A stretch of DNA of 64,000 nucleotides from Isurus oxyrinchus (Eukaryota): NCBI GenBank assembly GCA_026770705.1, contig JANJGN010000026.1, forward strand, positions 29,698,001 to 29,762,000. The letters are read 5' to 3'. Under the pieces are notes generated by a model that saw nothing but the letters and a program-made list of their open reading frames with translations, had not been told where the DNA came from and searched no databases. This document shows positions 62,110 through 64,000 of the stretch, piece after piece (within the stretch, counting starts at the first letter, position 1; each line of letters starts with the position of its first letter). Position numbers and translations under genes: made by a program.

Positions 62110-62455
62110 GTTTAAGCATTGAGTTCCAGATCATTACCACTCACTGTATAAAAAAAAGTGATTCCTCACATTCCCCCTTTATCTCTTCCCAAAATCTTAA
62201 ATCTGTATCCATAATTTTTTTTTTAACAATCAAATAATAGGAACAGATTTTCTTTATCTACCTTATCTAAACGTATTATTAACTTGTGCACCTCTATCAA
62301 ATCTCCCCTCAATCTCCTTTGCTCCAAGGAGAACAAGCCCAGTTTCTAAAACCTAACGTTGCAACTAAAGCCCCTCATCCCTGGAACCATTCTGGTAAGT
62401 ATCCTCTGCACCCTCTCAATGACCCTCACATCCTTCATAATGTGTGGTGATCACT
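62110..62455 (-). mobile_element. CR1 LINE 3' fragment (degraded)
   Basis: gagttccagatcattaccactcactg...atctcccctcaatctcctttgctccaaggagaacaagccc matches the other CR1 copies in the window. Confidence 0.75.
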
Positions 62456-63224
62456 GGTTTGCACACACCCAGATGTTCAGTGTTCGTGTCTGTGATGTCA
62501 TCACACACCAACAATTGTGTGGTGACATCACCCCACTCCCCGGGTATTTCCTCAACTGCGAGATTTTTCTCTGACTCCAGTGCTTTTCATCTTTCCAGCT
62601 GCAGGCTCCAGCAGGAGATTTTAAAATTGAAAACTGAAAGTTTCAGGTGTGAGTATTTTCGACCATTCGTCTTCAGTTTATAGCTTTTCGTGAGATGTTT
62701 CATGGCTCAGGGGCTGCTGTGACTCCTTCACTGTGGATCTGAATCCATGTCCATCCTTTGCTCTGTTTCAGCTCTCTCCTCCCTGATCACCTCTCTGCCA
62801 TTGTCTAACTTCCTCTGCCTCTAATATTGGGAGTATTTTAGTTCTGTTTAGCATTTTACTGTTCCTTCTGCTGACCATGTCTAAATGAGGTTTCCACTGC
62901 TGCCCATCCCCTGAACTTGTGCTGCTGGCTTGCCAGCTCTTTCATTTTTGAGCTTATATTGATCATCAAGTTCTGCACCATTTTTTTGCCTGTAATTCAT
63001 TCTACAGACCCTGAATCATTAACTCTGTTTCTCTCTCCACCAATACCAGCATATATTGCCAGTCACCAATTGCTTGAGGAGAAAATGATGTTTGACCTTC
63101 TTGAACCGCTGCAGTCCGTATAGTGAAGGTGCTCCCACAATGCTGTTAGGCAAGGAGTTACAGGATTCTCACCCAATGATGATGCAGGAAAGGTGATGTG
63201 TGTCCAAATCAACAGGAAGAATTT

Positions 63225-64000
63225 GTGTTTATCTGGCAGCTTTAACATAAATTATTCAAGGGCATTTCACAAAATTTTACAAAGCTACATTTAACAACGA
63301 GCCACACAATGAGATATTAGGACATAAATTTGGTGAAAGAGGTTGTTTAAGGTGTGTCTTAAAAGAGGAAAGCAAGTTAGAGAGGTTTGGGAGCAATTTC
63401 CAAAGCTTGGGCCACCAATGATGGAGCAATTAAAATCGGGAATGCTTAAGAGGGTGGAATTGGATGAGTGCAGATATTTTGGTGGGTTGATTGGCTGGAG
63501 GAGATTACAGAGATAGGGATGATCACAACCATGGAGGAAAACCAAGGATGCTGATTTTAAAATGCTGCTGCCTCTGAATTGGGAGCCTTTGTAGATCAGC
63601 GATCACAGGGATGATGGGTGAGCAAGAGTTGGTCCAAGTAAGCACAAGAGCAGCAGGGTTTTGGATGGTGGAGGTTGAATCTGGAAGGATGACCGGGAGT
63701 GCGTTAGGGTTGTTAAGACCAGAGGTGACAAAGGATTGGATGATGGTTTCAGCAGCTGATGAGCTGAGACTGGGTACAGTCAGGCGCTGTTACTGAGGTG
63801 GAAATAGGCGGTCTTGATGATGATGCAGATATGTAGTTAGAAACTCATCGTGGGGTGAAATATTTCACCGTGGGTGTGAACAATCAGATTCAGTGTCAGG
63901 CAGTTCCCAGGGAGAGGGATGGAGTCAGTGACGAGGCAGTGGAATTTGTAGCAGGGACTGAAGACAATATTTACTGAGGAAGGCTTATGTATTGAGCGAT
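63225..64000 (-). mobile_element. L2-type LINE 3' fragment
   Basis: Minus strand reads PYLCNLLQP...LHSSNSTLLSIPDFNCSIIGG, typical of an L2 ORF2 C-terminus. Confidence 0.65.

Overview
Cartilaginous-fish (shark) genomic DNA. The core is one complete, germline-configuration IgM heavy-chain cluster on the + strand. It runs leader (23163-23208), VH (23337-23641), D1 (24080-24093), D2 (24464-24476), JH (24872-24919), an ~11 kb intron, Cmu1-Cmu4 with secretory tail (35943-38787), then TM1/TM2 (41815-42090). All RSSs (23 | 12/22 | 12/12 | 23), splice sites and reading frames can be read and are intact. Upstream lie ~10 kb of a 54-bp (2x27) satellite, a 67-bp satellite, and LINE/SINE/Penelope fragments. 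Downstream lie many CR1 LINEs, a cluster of decayed tRNA genes and a cluster of C2H2 zinc-finger gene units. The most notable observations are: (i) a strand-biased G-rich tract with AGCT/GGCA motifs in the J-Cmu intron that resembles a switch region; (ii) Penelope-associated minimal hammerhead ribozyme motifs with a non-canonical CUGUNGA core, including fold-back insertions with target-site duplications; (iii) a V/J pair lacking both Arg94 and Asp101 (YYCAAD...GYWGQG); (iv) a stearoyl-CoA desaturase 5' fragment inside the IgM intron. Most ORFs in the supplied track are repeat artefacts. Repeat boundaries are approximate and family assignments come from motif recognition, not database searches.
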